Below are positions 45,871 to 46,249 of a DNA stretch of 46,249 nt, one piece after another (within the stretch, counting starts at the first letter, position 1; each line of letters starts with the position of its first letter). Origin of the DNA: Patellaria atrata CBS 101060 (taxonomy: Eukaryota); the NCBI GenBank assembly GCA_010093705.1, contig MU006094.1, positions 1 through 46,249 of the forward strand. Direction: 5' to 3'. The position numbers were made by a program, and so were the translations under genes. The notes under the pieces are model-generated. The model was given only the letters and a program-made list of their open reading frames with translations, made no database searches and was not told where the DNA came from.

Positions 45871-46200
45871 CTACACATACCTCACACTCCTCCTCCGTCC
45901 CTCAACCACGACCCTCTCCCTTTCCCCATCCCTCGCAACATCTCTCCTCTCCGGCCTATACTCTATCCGCGGCTGACTGCTCCTCCTATACTCCTCGCGC
46001 CCCAGCGACCCCGATGACTGTCGGTAGCGGTACTCTTCGTACGAGCCCGAGGTCCGTGGCATTCGGGCTATTTCCTGAGACTGTCGATGGTGGTGGTGGT
46101 GGTTGTGGAAGGGTGGATCGACGCCCCAGTGGGATACGCGGGGAGGAGGGTCGTCGACGGGGTGTCGGACGGAGCCGTGACGGGATTCGATGAGGCACAT
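45871..46200 (-). CDS. Small Arg/His-rich hypothetical protein (109 aa)
   Basis: ATG in gcaATG context after a C/A-rich leader. Protein-like low-complexity sequence (PPPR, HHHHH, RxS motifs, ERERVVVEGRRRSVRYV). G-rich 3' end like the other genes here. Upstream exons may lie beyond the window edge. Confidence 0.55.
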   Translation of the reverse strand: MCLIESRHGSVRHPVDDPPPRVSHWGVDPPFHNHHHHHRQSQEIARMPRTSGSYEEYRYRQSSGSLGREEYRRSSQPRIEYRPERRDVARDGERERVVVEGRRRSVRYV

Positions 46201-46249
46201 TGCGTTTTGGGTGACGGTTTGAGTTTTTTTGTTTTTTTTTGGGGGGGGG

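Overview
This is eukaryotic DNA from a filamentous ascomycete (Pezizomycotina). The evidence is short GT..AG introns with CTRAY-type branch points, fungal gene families and RIP-like decay in a repeat. It is a gene-dense housekeeping region with two 100-N scaffold gaps. I spliced 15 protein-coding genes by hand: RCR-family membrane protein, DUF4449/BPI-like protein, malic enzyme, Fus1-like SH3 membrane protein, Thp1/Csn12-type PCI protein, an orphan S/T-rich protein, PQ-loop protein, BFR1, BLI-3, DHX29-like helicase, GCN1, eisosome Pil1/Lsp1 (PilB-like), IMP3, MAD1 and a small Arg-rich hypothetical protein. The clearest non-genic element is a 643-bp TA-flanked Tc1/mariner-type non-autonomous transposon with ~87-bp TIRs in the IMP3/MAD1 divergent promoter. 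The other signals are regulatory. They include three AcuK/AcuM (AOD2/AOD5)-type CCG-N7-CCG sites and several alternative N-termini at the malic enzyme, a start codon split by an intron in the eisosome gene, uORFs in front of GCN1, a cryptic spliced transcript between two convergent genes, and a possible intronic C/D snoRNA. I found no rRNA, tRNA or CRISPR array, and no clearly demonstrable new multi-gene system. Family assignments come from motif recognition, not database searches.
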